The notes under the pieces: generated by a model
Databases searched by the model: none
Told to the model about the DNA's origin: nothing
What the model saw: only the letters and a program-made list of their open reading frames with translations
Position numbers and translations under genes: made by a program
From: Centroscyllium fabricii
Taxonomy: Eukaryota
Assembly: GCA_051313645.2 (NCBI GenBank)
Contig: JBNRSN020000010.1
Location: 132,680,001-132,744,000, forward strand
DNA: 64,000 bases
Reading direction: 5' to 3'
Shown here: positions 1-13,030 of the stretch, piece after piece
Layout of the letters: each line of letters begins with the position of its first letter
Numbering within the stretch: position 1 is the first letter of the stretch

Positions 1-1870
1 GACAGTCCTGCCATCCCAGGAATCAGTCTGGTGAACCTTCGCTGCATACCCTCTATGGCAAGTATATCCTTTCTTAGGTAAGGAGACCAAAACTGCACAC
101 AGTACTCCAGGTGTGGCCTCACCAAGGCCCTGTATAACTGTAGTAAGACATCCTTGCTCCTGTACATAAATCCTCTTGCAATGAAGGCCACATACCATTT
201 GCCTTTCTAACTGCTTTCTGCACCTACAGGTTTGCTTTCAGTGACTGGTGTACAAGGACACCCAGGTCCCTCTGTACATCAACATTTCCCAATCTATCAC
301 CATTTAAATAATACTCTGCCTTTCTGTTTTTCCTACCAAAGTAGATAACTTCACATTTATCCACATTATATTGCATCTGCCATGTATTTGCCCACTCACT
401 CAACTTGTCTAAATCACCTTGAAGCCTCTTTGCATCCTCCTCACAACTCACAGTCCCACCAAGTTTTATATCATCAGCAAACTTGGAAATATTGGGCCAG
501 AAATTCGGGTACCTAAAGCAGATGCCCACGGCGATGCTCACGAAAAATGCCCACGGATCCGAGATGCCCACGGATCCAAAACTTCCGATGCTGAGGGAAA
601 AGGGCCCTCAGCATGATGCCCAGGAATGAGTTGCACCCAAAACTTCTGAATCAAAAAGGGTCAAAAAGGGTCATTTTTTTCAGTGATTCTGTGGGCAACG
701 CAGCCCACAGATGCACTTGAAAAAAGCTTGAGTAACTCGTTGGTGAGGTAGAGAGAAACGTTCTTAAGCAAGGTAAGTTAATTTTTTTACTTTAATTTAA
801 ATTTTTTACAGTTTTTGGGAGTAGTGTGGCCAAATCGGTAACGTTAAATTTTTAAGTTAAAGTTTTTTTTTTAATTTAACAAATCCAATTTTAAGTTCAT
901 TTACCTGGTTGAAATCGCTAATTTTTAAAGTTAAATTTGTGAAATTTTTAACTCTCTAGCTAATTTAAAATTTTTAAAAATCTACGGAGAAAAAAATGGC
1001 TTTTCTTACCTGCCGTTTCTTCCTCTGCGCTGCTGCTGTGCCCCCGCGCTGCTCCCCACGATTTTGTTCTGCAGCTCCGCACTTACCTGCTCTCACTAAG
1101 GTCCGACTCGGGATCTCGGCATTTAAATTAGGGATCTGGTGGGCGTTTTCTATTTAAATTTGAGATCTGTGGGCGGGGCTTACACTTCGCATGTAACGTG
1201 GCTGGACTGCCACGTTGCGAACGAAGGGGGCGGAGCCAATCGCAAGTTTTGAGAAAAAAAAAACTCCGATGTTGCTGGGCTTCGTTAGTGCTCCGCATGG
1301 TCCTAGTTGCCCTCCAACCGGCAAACCCGAATTTCTGGCCCATTACATTTGGTTCCCTCATCCAAATCATTAATATATTTTATGAATACCTGGGGCCTAA
1401 GCACTGATCCCTGCGGTATCCCACTAGTCACTGCCTGCCACCCCGAAAAAGACCCATTTATTCCGACTCTCTGTTTCCTGCCTGTTAACCAATTTTCAAT
1501 CCATGCCAGTATATTACCCCCAATACCATGTGCTTTAATTTTGCACACTAACCTCTTATGTGGGACTTTATCAAGGCCTTCTGAAAATCCAAATATACCA
1601 CATCCACTGGTTCTCCCTTATTTATTCTACCAGTTACATCCTCAAAAAACTCCAGTAGGTTTGTCAAACATGATTTCCCTTTAATAAATCCATGTTGACT
1701 TTGTCTAATCCTGTTGATATTTTCTAACTGTCCTGTTATCACATCCTTCATAATAGACTGTAACTATTTTCCTAGTTCTTATGTTAAGCTAACTGGTCTG
1801 TAGTTCCCTTTTTTCTCTCTCCCTCCTTTTTTAAATAATGGGGTTACATTTGCGACCCTCCAATCTGCAG
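1..1870 (-). mobile_element. CR1/HER1-type LINE ORF2 (reverse transcriptase) fragment, degraded, split by a MITE at 494-1341
   Basis: Minus-strand ORFs give [47 protein letters not shown] and WQMQYNVDKCEV, which are CR1-clade RT motifs; frameshifted. Confidence 0.9.
494..1341. mobile_element. Non-autonomous DNA transposon (Harbinger-like MITE)
   Basis: TIR GGGCCAGAAATTCGGGT ... ACCCGAATTTCTGGCCC; ATT on both flanks (491-493, 1342-1344); removing the element restores contiguous CR1 sequence. Confidence 0.85.
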
Positions 1871-3120
1871 GATGAACTGAGGCAAGGCCGGAGACGGGCA
1901 ATGTTACGGAGGTGGAAGTAGGCGGTCCTTGCTATGCTGTGGATATGTGGTCGGAAGCTCATTTCGGGGTCAAATATGACACAAGGTTGTGAACAGTCTG
2001 GTTCAGCCTCAGCCAGATGTTAGGGAGAGGGATGGAGTCAGTGGCTAGGGAAGGGAGTTCGTCGCAGGGACCGAAGACAATGGCTTCGGTCTTCCCAATA
2101 TTTAATTGGAGAAAATTTTTGCTCATTCAGTACTGGATGGCGGACAAGCAGTCTGACAATTTAGAGACTGTGGAGGCGTCGAGAAGTTGTAGTGAGGCAG
2201 AATTGGGTGTCATCAGTGAACATGTGGGAACTGATGCTGTGTTTTCGGATGATTTCGCTGAGGGGCAGCATGTAGGTGAGAAATAGGAGGGGCCAAGGAT
2301 AGATCCTTGAAGGACCCCAGAGGGAACGATGCGGGAGCGGGAAGAGAAGCCATTGCAGGTGATTCTCTGGCTATGATTAGATAGATAAGAATGGAACCAG
2401 GCGAGTGCAATCCCACCCAGCTAGACAATGATGGAGAGACGTTGGAGGAGGATGGAGTGGTCAACCGTGTCAAAGGCTGCAGACAGCTCAAGAAGGAAAG
2501 GAGACATTTCAGTACGTGGTTGGAGCAGAAACCCGATTGGAGGGATTGAAACATGGAGTTCTAGGAAAGGTAGGCACGGATTTGGGAGGCGACAACACAT
2601 TCAAAGACTTTGGAGAGGGACGAGAGGTTGGAGATGGAGCGGTAGTTTTCAAGGACGGAGGGATCAATATTTTTTGGGGGGGAGACTGGTGATGGTGGCA
2701 GCTTTGAAGGAGAGGGGAACAGTACCTGAGGAGAGAGAACCTTTAATGATGTCAGCTAACATGAGATCCAGAAAAGGAAGTTGGGTGGTCAGCAGTTTAG
2801 TGGCAATAGGATTGAGGGAGCAGGAAGTGGGTCTCTTGGACAAGGTGAGCACGGAGAGGTCAAGAGGGGAGATTGGAGAGAAACTGGAGAAAGATACGAG
2901 TTCAGGGCTAATGCAGGGGGGAAACCTTAGAGGTAGTTTGGCTCAATGGGCTAGGGAAAGGAAGAGAAGTAGCAGAGGCAGCTGGTTAGATTGTCTCAAT
3001 CTTAGAAACAAAGAAGTCCAGGAGCACTTTGCACTTGTTGGAGGAGACGGGGGAGAGGGGTTTAAAAAGACGGTTAGCAGTAGAGAATAGAAGCTGGGGG
3101 GTTATCTTTGCATTCAAGAT
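1871..3120 (-). mobile_element. L2-clade LINE RT fragment
   Basis: Minus-strand peptides TSCSLNPIATKLL, SLSSGTVPLSFKAA and FQSLQSGF, plus an LSAAFDTVDH-like region; degraded. Confidence 0.75.
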
Positions 3121-3126
3121 GAGAAA

Positions 3127-3760
3127 GCACTAGGCTTCACCCACATTTCAGGCTTCCCCAGGTGCCATGGACTGCACCCACATTGCCTTGCATGCGCCCC
3201 ATCACCATCCTGGCATCTTACTGAATAGAAAGCAATTCCACACCCTCAATGTCCAGCTTGTTTGCAACCACAAGCATTGTATCATGCAGGTCTGTGCCAG
3301 CTTTCCTGGCAGCAGTCATGATTCATTCATCTGGTACCAGTCATCTGTGCCGCCTTTAGTTCAGGCCGTCAGGTTACAGGCTGGCTGCTGGACTATCCCC
3401 TTCGGATTTGGATCATGTCTCCTGTCAAAAACCCAGGAACAGCTGCAGAGCTGACCTATACTGAGAGCCATGCTGCAATCAGAAACATCGCTGAGCATAG
3501 TCGGCATGCTCAAGCAACACTTCCGCTGCCTGAACAGTTCAAAAGGAGTTTTGTAGTACAGCCCTGAGCGGCTATCCAGATTTTATCATCGTTTGCTGCA
3601 TGCTCCATAACTTTGCCATCCTGAGGGACCAGCCCTTACCACCCCCTGGGCAATGTAGATCAACAACTACAGCAGAAGGAGCAGGAACAGTATCGACCAT
3701 CAGTGCCCCTCACTGACAGAGCTCTCAGAGAGCAGCATGTCCAAAAGCATTTCACGTGAA
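3127..3760 (+). pseudogene. Harbinger (HARBI1-like DDE) transposase relic
   Basis: [23 protein letters not shown] and [10 protein letters not shown] motifs, then a CCMLHN-type segment near 3590; frameshifts. Confidence 0.85.
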
Positions 3761-3956
3761 GGATCCATCCTCAATACACTAACAGTCCCGCAATTCTTAT
3801 CACTACCATCCTTACTACCACCATCCGATCGTCTTCCTTCAGTCCAGCTTTATGAGTCTTGCCCCCGCTTCACTATAAATATCAACACCAAAACCAAAAC
3901 AAACAACACATTTATCCAACAGTGCAATTCCATTGTTTAACAGTTAACAGAAATAA

Positions 3957-4420
3957 TTAAGGATCACCCTCGTGCAACTCTTCAGTGCATGTCTTCTGTG
4001 TTTGTTTACCTATCCTAGTGCTCTTATGAAGTGTTTCCTCAGTGGCTATAGTGTGGGAGGTGGAAGGCTGCTGAGCTTCCATTGAGGACACTTCTGATGG
4101 CCGTGGTGGATGGCCTCGAGCAGCCACCATGCTCTGCGACATTGTGTGCAAGCTTGCTGCCAGGCTGCCCATTGCACCTAGCATTTCCTGGTACATGCCC
4201 ATCAGCCTTCTTCGGTAGCCTGGGCCCTCAATGTCTGCATCTGAGTCCTCTGCAGCAGAGCTAGTATGTGGCGAGCTGGCACCTTTAGAGCCCTATACCC
4301 CCTCTTGCACATTTGTGACTGGTGATTCACCATGTGAAGACCCCCTCCACTAATCTAGCCTCCAAAATATGCATGGTGCCAATCTCTGAGCTAGAGCTTG
4401 CTGGGGTCAGACTTAGTGGT
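3957..4420 (-). pseudogene. 3' part of the Harbinger Myb/SANT partner gene relic, convergent with the transposase
   Basis: Tail-to-tail with the transposase relic; similar to 27951-28450 (QQPSTS...TL.STR.GK). Confidence 0.55.
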
Positions 4421-4620
4421 AATAACAACAGAAAACGCTGGAAAAACTCAGCAGGCCAGGCAGCATCGGTGGAGAGAGAAGGAGAGAGAAACAGATGAAA
4501 GGTCATCAACCGGAAACATTAACACTGTTTCTCTCTCTACCGATGCTGCCTGGCCTGCTGAGTTTTTCCAGCATTTTCTGTTGTTATTTCCGATCTCCAG
4601 CATCTGCAGTATTTTGCTAT
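4421..4620. repeat. Penelope-type fold-back repeat with a degraded hammerhead motif
   Basis: Inverted arms GCTGGAAAAACTCAGCAGGCCAGGCAGCATCGGT and reverse complement; GATGAAAGGTCATCAACCGGAAAC core; same family as 23157-23410. Confidence 0.65.
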
Positions 4621-4951
4621 CAGGTTTAGTGGTGCTGTATCTTCAGGAAGGTTGCCCTCCCCTTCCTGAAGTGGTAGAGATATCGCCACATCTTCAGCAC
4701 ATAAAATGAAAGAGAGAAAAAGGTTAGCTTTTGGCATCAAAGCAGAGCAGAGGGAAAAGGTGGCTGGCAACAGCAGCTGTAATTTGTCATGCAGAGTGGG
4801 TAGACAAATAGAAGTAAGAAAGGAAAAAGATGATATGATGTGAAGAAGCCCAGTGCGACGTCTCGTCCAGTCTTGCCACTCACCACAGCCATGATACACA
4901 GGGAAGAAAATGTGCATCCAGGCTCCGCCTCCTCCGGTAGCAGTCTCCTGG

Positions 4952-5580
4952 CATAAGAACATAAGAAATAGGAGCAGGAGTAGGCCAATCGGCCCCCCAA
5001 GCCCACTCCGCCATTCAACAAGATCATGGCCGATCTGATCCTAACCTCAATTTTACTTTTACTCTCCATCCCGCCCGAACCCATGTGATCACCCGGGAGA
5101 GGCGAAAAACCAGATAAAAACCCATTGGCCAATTTGGGAGAAAAAATCTGGGAAATTCCTCTCCGACCCATCTAGGCGATCAAAACTTGTCCAGGAGATC
5201 ACATGGCTGATCTGAACCTAGCCTCACGTCCACTTACCTGCCCGCTCACCATAACCCCTAATTACCTTTACTTCCAGGAAACTGTCTCTCTGTTTTAAAT
5301 TTATTCAATGTAGTAGCTTCCACAGCTCTCTGGGGCAGTGAATTCCACAGCCCCACCACCCTCTGAGTGAAGAAGTTTCTCCTCATCTCAGTTTTGAAAT
5401 GACAGCCCCTTATTTTAAGATTATGCCCCCGAGTCCTAGTTTCACCCACCATTGGGAACATCCTCACCGCATCCACCCGATCAAGCCCTTTCACAATCAT
5501 ATATGTTTCAATAAGATCGCCTCTCATTCTTCTGAACTCCAATGAGTAGAGGCCCAATCTACTCAACCTCTCGTCATATG
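4952..5580 (-). mobile_element. CR1 LINE 3' end (end of ORF2, 3'UTR, short-repeat tail)
   Basis: LGLYSLEFRRMRGDLIETY...RTRGHNLKI...RRNFFTQRVV; CATAAGAA tail repeats on the plus strand at the left edge. Confidence 0.85.
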
Positions 5581-5636
5581 TTGTACCATGGCTGCAGTGC
5601 ATAGTTGGGCACAGCCTTCTCCTGCAAGGAGGGAGA

Positions 5637-6780
5637 TTTTTTTTATTCATTCATGGGATGTGGGCGTCACTGGCAAGGCCAACATTTATTGTCCAACCCT
5701 AGTTACCCTTGAGAAGATGGTGGTGAGCAGTCCATGTGGTGAAGGTACTCCCACAGCGTGGTTAGGAAGGAAGTTCCAGGATTTTGACACAGCGATGATG
5801 AAGGAACAGCGATATACTTCGAGTCAGGATGGTGTGTGACTTGGAGGAGAACTGGTGGTGTTCCCATGCGCCTGCTGCCCTTGTCCTTCTAGGTGGTACA
5901 GGTCGTGGGTTTGGGAGGTGCTGCTGATGACGCCTTGGCGAGTTGTTGCCATGCATCTTGTCGATGGTACACACTGCAGCCACAGTACTCCGGTGGTGGA
6001 GGGAGTGAATGTTTAAGGTGGTCGATGGGGATGCCAATGAAGTGGGCTGCTTTGTCCTGGATGTTGTTCAGCATCTTGACTGTTGTTGGAGCTGCACTCA
6101 TCCAGTCAAGTGGAGAGTGTTCCATCATACTCCTTACTTGTGCCTTGTAGATGTTGAAAAGGATTTGGGGAGTCAGGAGGTGAGACACTTGCCACAGAAT
6201 ACCCAGTCTCTGACCTATTCTTGTTGCCACAGTATTTATGTGGCAGGTCCAGTTACGTTTCTGGTCAATGGTGACCCCCGAGGATGTTGATAGTGGGGGA
6301 TTCGGCGATGGTAATGCCATTGAATGTCAAGGGGCAGTGGTTAGACTCTCGCTTGTTGGAGATAGTCATTGCCTGGCACTCATGTGGCGTGAATGTTACC
6401 TGCCACTTACCAGCCCAAGACTGAATGTCGTCCAGGTCTTGTTGCATGCGGGCATAGACTGCTTCATTATCTAAGGAGTTGCGAAATGTGCTGAACACTG
6501 TGCAGTCATCAGCGAACATCCCCATTTCTGACCTTACGTTGGGGGGAAGGTCATCGATGAAGCAGCTGAAGATGGTTGGGCCTAGGACACTGCCCTGAGG
6601 AACTCCTACTGCGGTGTCCTGGGGCTGTGATGATTGACCTCCAACCACCACTAGGCATGACTCCAGCCAGTGGAGAATTTCTGCTCCCCCCCCACCCCCG
6701 CCCCCCAATTCCCATTGACTTCAGTTTTCCTCGGGCTCCTTGATGCCACACTCTGTCAAATGCTGCTTTGATGTCAAGAG
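5637..6780 (-). mobile_element. CR1-like LINE 3' fragment (second family)
   Basis: [34 protein letters not shown] motifs. Confidence 0.85.
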
Positions 6781-7019
6781 TGTGTTAGTGACAGTCTTTG
6801 ATGTGTTTGGAGAATGTGCCTGTCATGGTAGAATAGTTGGGATGCGGTTTGTAAGATGTGAAGTGTGTGGAAGTGAAGGTTGTAATAGTAGTGAGTGTGT
6901 GAGTATAGGAGAAGGATGTGGAGCGAAGTGTGGTGCATTGATTGTAGGAGAGTGAAGGGAAGCAGGTGAGGAAGTATTGTGATCAATGAGGTCTGAGCAG
7001 AGAGTAAGAGTTACCTTGA

Positions 7020-7820
7020 CAACACTGGTGGGGTCAGTGAAATTATTTCAGCATTGCAGCTAAGCTTCTGGCACTGAACTCCTCAGCGATCTCTTCCCAC
7101 TGGTGGTGGAGGTATTGCCTGGAGGGCTTTCGGCTCCCTGGGTGTGGGGTGGGTTGGGAACAGGGTCTCCCCCCTCCCCCTGTCCCTGTCCATCCCCCTG
7201 TCCCTGTCCACCACCTGGACCAGGATCGCCAACTTGGCATCAGAGAACCTGGGAACCCTGTCTGGACCTCTTCCAGACAGTGTTCAAGTTTTGCTATTGT
7301 CTGCAGCCAGAGTGCACCTCCCCGTTAATAGGTGCTGGCTATCTTTAAGTGGCGTCAGTGAAGCTTAATTTCCCACTCCCCATACAGGCACCATGCCAAT
7401 GTATTGCACATGTATCGCTGGCTGCACGCCTGGATCGTGAGTTCCCAACACCAATTTCCCGTGGTCCCCGGTATAACATTTCCATATTGAATTATCAGTG
7501 GCCCGCAGGCATCTGTAAGGAATACCTATTATATTCATGTGATTACATGCTGAGTTGTCATTGGCCTGCAGGCATCTGTAAGGCCTGCTATTGTTTTGAA
7601 GACCCAGGCTAGGGGTCCTAATGCCATGTTTTCGCCACTGGTGCTGCGAGGAGTAAGATCACAGACCTAATGCTTAATAAAAGAGTTAAACTGTAATACT
7701 CCGTTGTCCTGCAATTTATTATTTTTGTACAAAGTGTGCAAAACAAGACACCTGGGACCCAGTAAGCAGGTGCACCCTGCCCCCTGCTCACCCATTTTTG
7801 GGCGTGATTAAATTTCTAGG
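7020..7820 (-). mobile_element. Harbinger relic: 5' part of the Myb/SANT gene and element end
   Basis: Minus strand reads as FSDA..LAILV..V and WEEIAEE..ARS; terminal AAATTTC-type motif near 7810. Confidence 0.5.
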
Positions 7821-8499
7821 TTGTGCTTTTTTGTTTCTAAAGAACTGCTGGTACAAACTCTAAAGGCAGGACTGGTGATTAGCACATGGGATAATACTTA
7901 CCTGTGAGTGAGCTACAAAGCTGCAATTAAATTGAGGAGCTCAAATTACATCATAAACTGAAAGAGAGAAGCTTGAGTTGTATGCGACCGAAGTCTTAAT
8001 TCTGATTGAATTGTCCTTTCTCATAAACATGTCTATTTATATAACAATTGTTTTCTTACTATTCTCACGCCTAGCACACTCATTGTGGCTGTGAGTTTGA
8101 GGTAAAATGAGACACTGTTATTGGGAGATTTGATTTGAGGAACAGCAGTATCATACAGCAGGTGCTGTGGTAAAACAAAGCAGTTTTTGGAACTAGTTAT
8201 TACTTTATGTGATATTTAGTATACATTAAAAAGAAATGGAAAAAAATAGAAATAAAAGATGCCACTTAGATTGTGATATGACAGTGATGAAGCGATCCAT
8301 GTGATAATCTGTCTGTACAAATGTACATATAGATTTTTGCAAATAAACATAAATATGGAAAATGATGTGAGATTCATGCTGTTAGTCATAGAGATTTATT
8401 GGAACTGTTTGAGTCAGATGCTCCAAGGCCAATTTGTGTTGATTCCTGTGGTGTATGGACATTGTGGTGTCTAGAGGGTGTTATTAAACATAGGCCTAC

Positions 8500-9230
8500 T
8501 AGAGTCAGGCTGTTTGTCCAACATACAGTCTTAGATGCACCATCATTTCCTTCAGCTAAACATTAGGAAGACCAAAATCATCATCTTCAATTCCTGTCAC
8601 AAATGTGCCACTAATTCCATCCCCACCCAGCCACTGCCTCCCACTAACCTAGACTCTGTAATCTCAGTGACTCCAAGCTGTATCTCCAATCGCCATATCC
8701 TCGCCGTCACAAAGACCACAGACTACCACCTCCAGAACATTGTCCATCTCTGCCCTTAACTTAGCTCATCTGCTGCTGAAAAACTCATCCATGCCTTTGG
8801 TCACCTGCAGACCCGACTATTCCAGTGTTCTTCTGGCCAACTCCCAGTGCCTCAAATTTAAAATTCTCATCCTTGTGTTTAAATCCCTCCATGGCATTGC
8901 CCATCCCTATCTCTTCCAATGCTACAGTCCCCTTCCCCATTGATCTCTCCATTTCTCTGATTCTGGCCACTTGTACATCCACCCTCACTTCACGTCACCA
9001 TTGACCACCATACCTTCAGCCACCTAGGCCCCACTCTCTGAAATTCCCTCCCTAAACTCCTCCTCTTCTCCACCTCCCTCTTTTCATTTAAGACCCTCCT
9101 TGAAACCCGCCTCTTTGACCAAGTTTTGGGTCACCCCTCCTTTCTCTTGACATCCATGTTTTCCTTATACGGTAGTGAAGCACTTTGAGATAGCTTTCTA
9201 CATTAAAGACACGATGTAAATGTAAGTTGT
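8500..9230 (+). mobile_element. Old L2 LINE 3' fragment
   Basis: FLQLNIRKTK and FKILILVFKSLHG motifs; L2-type 3' tail. Confidence 0.7.
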
Positions 9231-9486
9231 AAAGCTTGTACCCAGTGATTGAGTAGTTCCCATTGTTCTATTGTTGATGTCATCATAGTGAAATATTTAT
9301 CAATGTAATATTTTCATAAATTAAATGTTTAATGCATACTCGTGCTTTCATTTTTTTCTTTTTTTTAAATTAAATGTCAGTTTTATTTTTGGTCTCTCAA
9401 ACAGAAAATGCTCAAGCCTGGAAAATGTTCACAAGGTAATGCAACAGTGAGCTTGAAATTTTTGAAAACAGTGCCTTTGAGTTAGT

Positions 9487-10257
9487 GGGGGGGAATTTCA
9501 TGTCCCCGTGAGGCAGGATTTCGGCGGCCCGGCCGGCAAAATAGCGGAACCGGCGGGTCCTGACCTCTCCCGCCGTATCCCCGCCGCATTCTCATTTTCC
9601 CCCGCCCTGATTCCCCACCCCAAAACCTTCCCACCGCCGGCCAGCGGGGATGGGTTGTCACCTCGTTAAGGGCCCTTAATTGGCATCTTTAATGCCATTT
9701 TAAGGGCCCTCAGCCATTTTGCTCAGTTTCCCGCCCTAACCCCATCACCTTAAACCCTGCTGGGTGAAACCCAGCAGGAGCACAGCGCTGGTTATTACTT
9801 TCTCCTTCAAGGTGTGAAGGACATGCTGCCAAATGCTTGGCATACCTCCAGCACCTTAGAGGAGTAAGTTACTCCATGCTGGCTGCAGCAGCTGTGAGCA
9901 GAAACTGAGAAACCTCAGCTCTGCACATTTCCTGACAGCCGGTGCAAGCGGTCAAGGATTCTCAGCCCGCCCACCTGTCAGTTACCAGAACTTGACCGTT
10001 CCCATTGGTTCCACTCGACTGTGATGGCACAGTGGAGTGTTTCCATGGGAACTGTCAACAACCAGTGCTGGAACTGTCAATCAAACTCCTCACAGCCCCG
10101 ATGCAGCCCGACTCGATTGACTTAATTACCTCCCGCTGCCGCCGGCGGGGATTTAACAACCCAATTAAATTAAAATTGTGTGGCCTTCCCAGCTGTTTGG
10201 GCGGGCGGGACAGGAAGCCGCCCCGACCAATCCCCGCCCTTCCGGCAAAGTCCCCCC
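9487..10257 (+). mobile_element. About 770-bp MITE family, copy 1
   Basis: G-run/AATTT and AAAG/C-run termini; high similarity to 16745-17482 (inverted) and 17924-18703. Confidence 0.8.
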
Positions 10258-10336
10258 ATTGTATAAAGCAAACCGGCTAGTCCATAGTCCTGTAAACTAG
10301 ACAGTCTTGGTCAATAACAGTGAATGCAAGAAAGAG

Positions 10337-11575
10337 GGGAGCGATTTTCCCCAGATACTTTAGGTGCTAAAGAGCCTCCAAGGTGGCCAAGATGAGGTCT
10401 TAGATTGAAATGCCAATATAGCCCACGTTTAGTGCAATTCGCCATCTTGGTAAAGGAGTTAAAGCTTGCACTGGGAACGGCCACCCAGAGGATCGTTAAG
10501 CAGCTGATTGCCACATAAATTGCCAGCTAACGCTCATTAACGAGATTGCATGGAATTTTCATGGCGAGTGCTTGATCTAATGCCCTCTCCTAACAGCGAC
10601 CAGCTGATTGGGAATAAATTAGTCGTCACTGAAGATTTTGAGCGTTACTATAAGGTATATCACCTTTTAATGTTCACTTGCTGCTGGAAGTTTGAAGAGG
10701 ATTTTGAAACACATTGGGAGACTTTGTTAAGACTTCACCAACACTATCAACATTTATTCTGGAAATTCTCTGAGGACTTCACCTAAAAAGAGTAAGTACT
10801 GTGCTTCTGTACCTTATTGGATGCCTTATAGGAGTAACCAGGAGAAAGGGAGTGCTTGGTCATGGGCATCTTGCTAGGGGTCCCCCTTGGTCTGGAGCAG
10901 GAATGGGAGGAGGAGATGAGGCCAGGCAGAGCAGCACCAGCTGCTGGAGGAGTGAGAGAGGGAGAGGAGGGGCAGGATGGTGAGGAGGGCTCCAGATTCG
11001 TGATGACTTGCTGCATGCTCCACAATCTGGCAATCATGAGAGACCAGCCGTTACCACCAGCAATTGTGCCAGATGATCAAGCTCAGGAGCCACAAGAGGA
11101 GAGGAGGTTGAGGAGGAGAGAGGGACAGGAGGGACTGATGAACTCCCCCCCCCCCCCCCCCCCCCCCCCCCCAGGGTATAGGACATCCCTCCTCCTCTGG
11201 ACCTCCTCCATCAGGACCTCCAGTGCCATGTCCGAGAACTTGTGTGCCCTCTCACTCGGTCCTTGAACCATCATGAAACCTGCCGCTGTGCATCAGCCAG
11301 CCCACTCCACACCTTCAGAGGGAGTGGGTGAATGGAGCCCACATATACTGCTCCACAAAAATTGCACCTAATCACCACTTGAGTGCTAAACCTGCAGGTG
11401 CCTCTGTATTAGCAGCTCCAGGCAAGTTCAAATTATGGCAATCAGCAGTTAGGACTAAAATTGCGAGGTAAAACCAGGCATTCAAACAGGCGTGTCTTAT
11501 TAACAGTACCCATTTAGCGCCTGTGTTCACCCTTTCACCAAAGTAACTCCCATGATGTTTGAACTTTGAGGGTTG
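10337..11575. mobile_element. Internally deleted Harbinger relic
   Basis: Plus strand SRFVMTCCMLHNLAIMR (transposase C-terminus); minus strand RAHKFSDMALEVLMEEVQRRRDVLYP (Myb/SANT N-terminus). Confidence 0.75.
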
Positions 11576-12849
11576 CATTATGGTGAGGTCAGCTTAAGTT
11601 TTATTCATGTAAAATGCTACTGCGTCCAGAAATACAAAAATCAATCTATAGAGAATATTACCTTGTAAAGACTTTGACACGACTGTATTGGTCTTGTCTT
11701 GGTGAGTGTGCGTGGGAATTTCCTATTCAAAGCACCTTCTCTGCTATAACTGAAAGTGGCCAACCAGATCTGAAATGCGTAAAACAAGGCATTCTTATCC
11801 AAAGTAAATGCTTTATCTTCCTTTACTTCATTGATGCTTATATGTTCCTTCACTTTTGTATTTGCAGAGGTGTTCAGATTAATGCATTACTGAGTTCACA
11901 GAATTCCTCTGTGAAATACACATTTCAGTTTGTAGAGCACATCTGCGCTGCTCTGATCAGATCGCACTAATTTGCAGCTTCAAGTACACAATACAAGATA
12001 TTTGTGCAGAATAAACATGGACTCTTGAAACAGAATGAGAGATTGAGAAAAACCTACCTGTAGAAGAACATTCTAATACCTGTAACTAGTTTTGTACACT
12101 TATTCACAATCAACTACAGATCAAAATTTTGAAATATTCAGCAATGGCAAGCTTTTACAGATTTTTCAGGTCTAAAACAGTTAAGCTGATTTGTATGTTG
12201 CATTGTGCAACTGAAATTGAGGTCTGAAAAGGCTTACCTCATTATTATGGAGGTAATGTACGGTGGAATTTAACGAATGCTCTTGCCTTGTACACTGCCA
12301 AACTGAAATACACATTTATTTAATATTAGAAATAAAATTATAGGGCAGCTATACAAGGATGACTGATTAATTTGCAGTAACATACAGGTAGCAGATTGTA
12401 ATCAAAGGGAGGAACTGATCCTGTCAAATTGAAATGTGTTGTTCTGCGCTGTGTAAGGGACACAGGGTAACACAGGCAGCAACAATCCTTCCTCTGAAGG
12501 AAGTGAAAAGCTTGCAGACACTAATCACAGCTCAGGCACTGCAACTCAATAATTACCCACTGTCTCATCATAATCCCGGCCTAAGCTCTGACAATCCATC
12601 TGGGACCCTTGTCTCTTGTCTAGTGTGCCACACAAGAATGAGTGTGCTTTAGTTATTGGCTCTTGTTGTCCTACAAGCCCCTGGAGTAAACATCCATGAC
12701 AGCCTTCACTTCCATCGTTTTTTTTTTCTTAAACTATTTCTCAATTATTATGTTTTTAAATTTGCTGCTTCAAAATAAAAGCTGCCTGCAGCATCCAAAG
12801 TCGGCCCAGCCTAGGCTTGTCATCTACCAACAGCTACCAAATTGGGCAC

Positions 12850-13030
12850 TAATTGCAAGTTCTGTGATTTAATTAGACTCATTCCAAACACTCACATTTT
12901 ATCAATTAGTTAATGGGCTAAAGAGGGTCTTATTGTTGCAGCCAGGTCATTTGGAAGCTTGAAGCTTCTTGATGGTGAGAACGTGAAGAACAGCGCGTTA
13001 ATATCTGTAATTAACCTTGCGAGTTCTGAG
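12850..13030. promoter_or_regulatory. Candidate conserved non-coding enhancer downstream of Otx2
   Basis: Non-repetitive island with clustered TAATT/ATTA homeodomain cores, an ATTGTT Sox motif and an AGGTCA half-site; conservation not tested. Confidence 0.35.

Noticed and set aside
2428-3090. 220-aa plus-strand ORF
   Set aside because: Antisense to an L2 LINE fragment; no recognisable domain.
3167-3454. Domesticated HARBI1 gene
   Set aside because: Frameshifted and embedded among other Harbinger relics.
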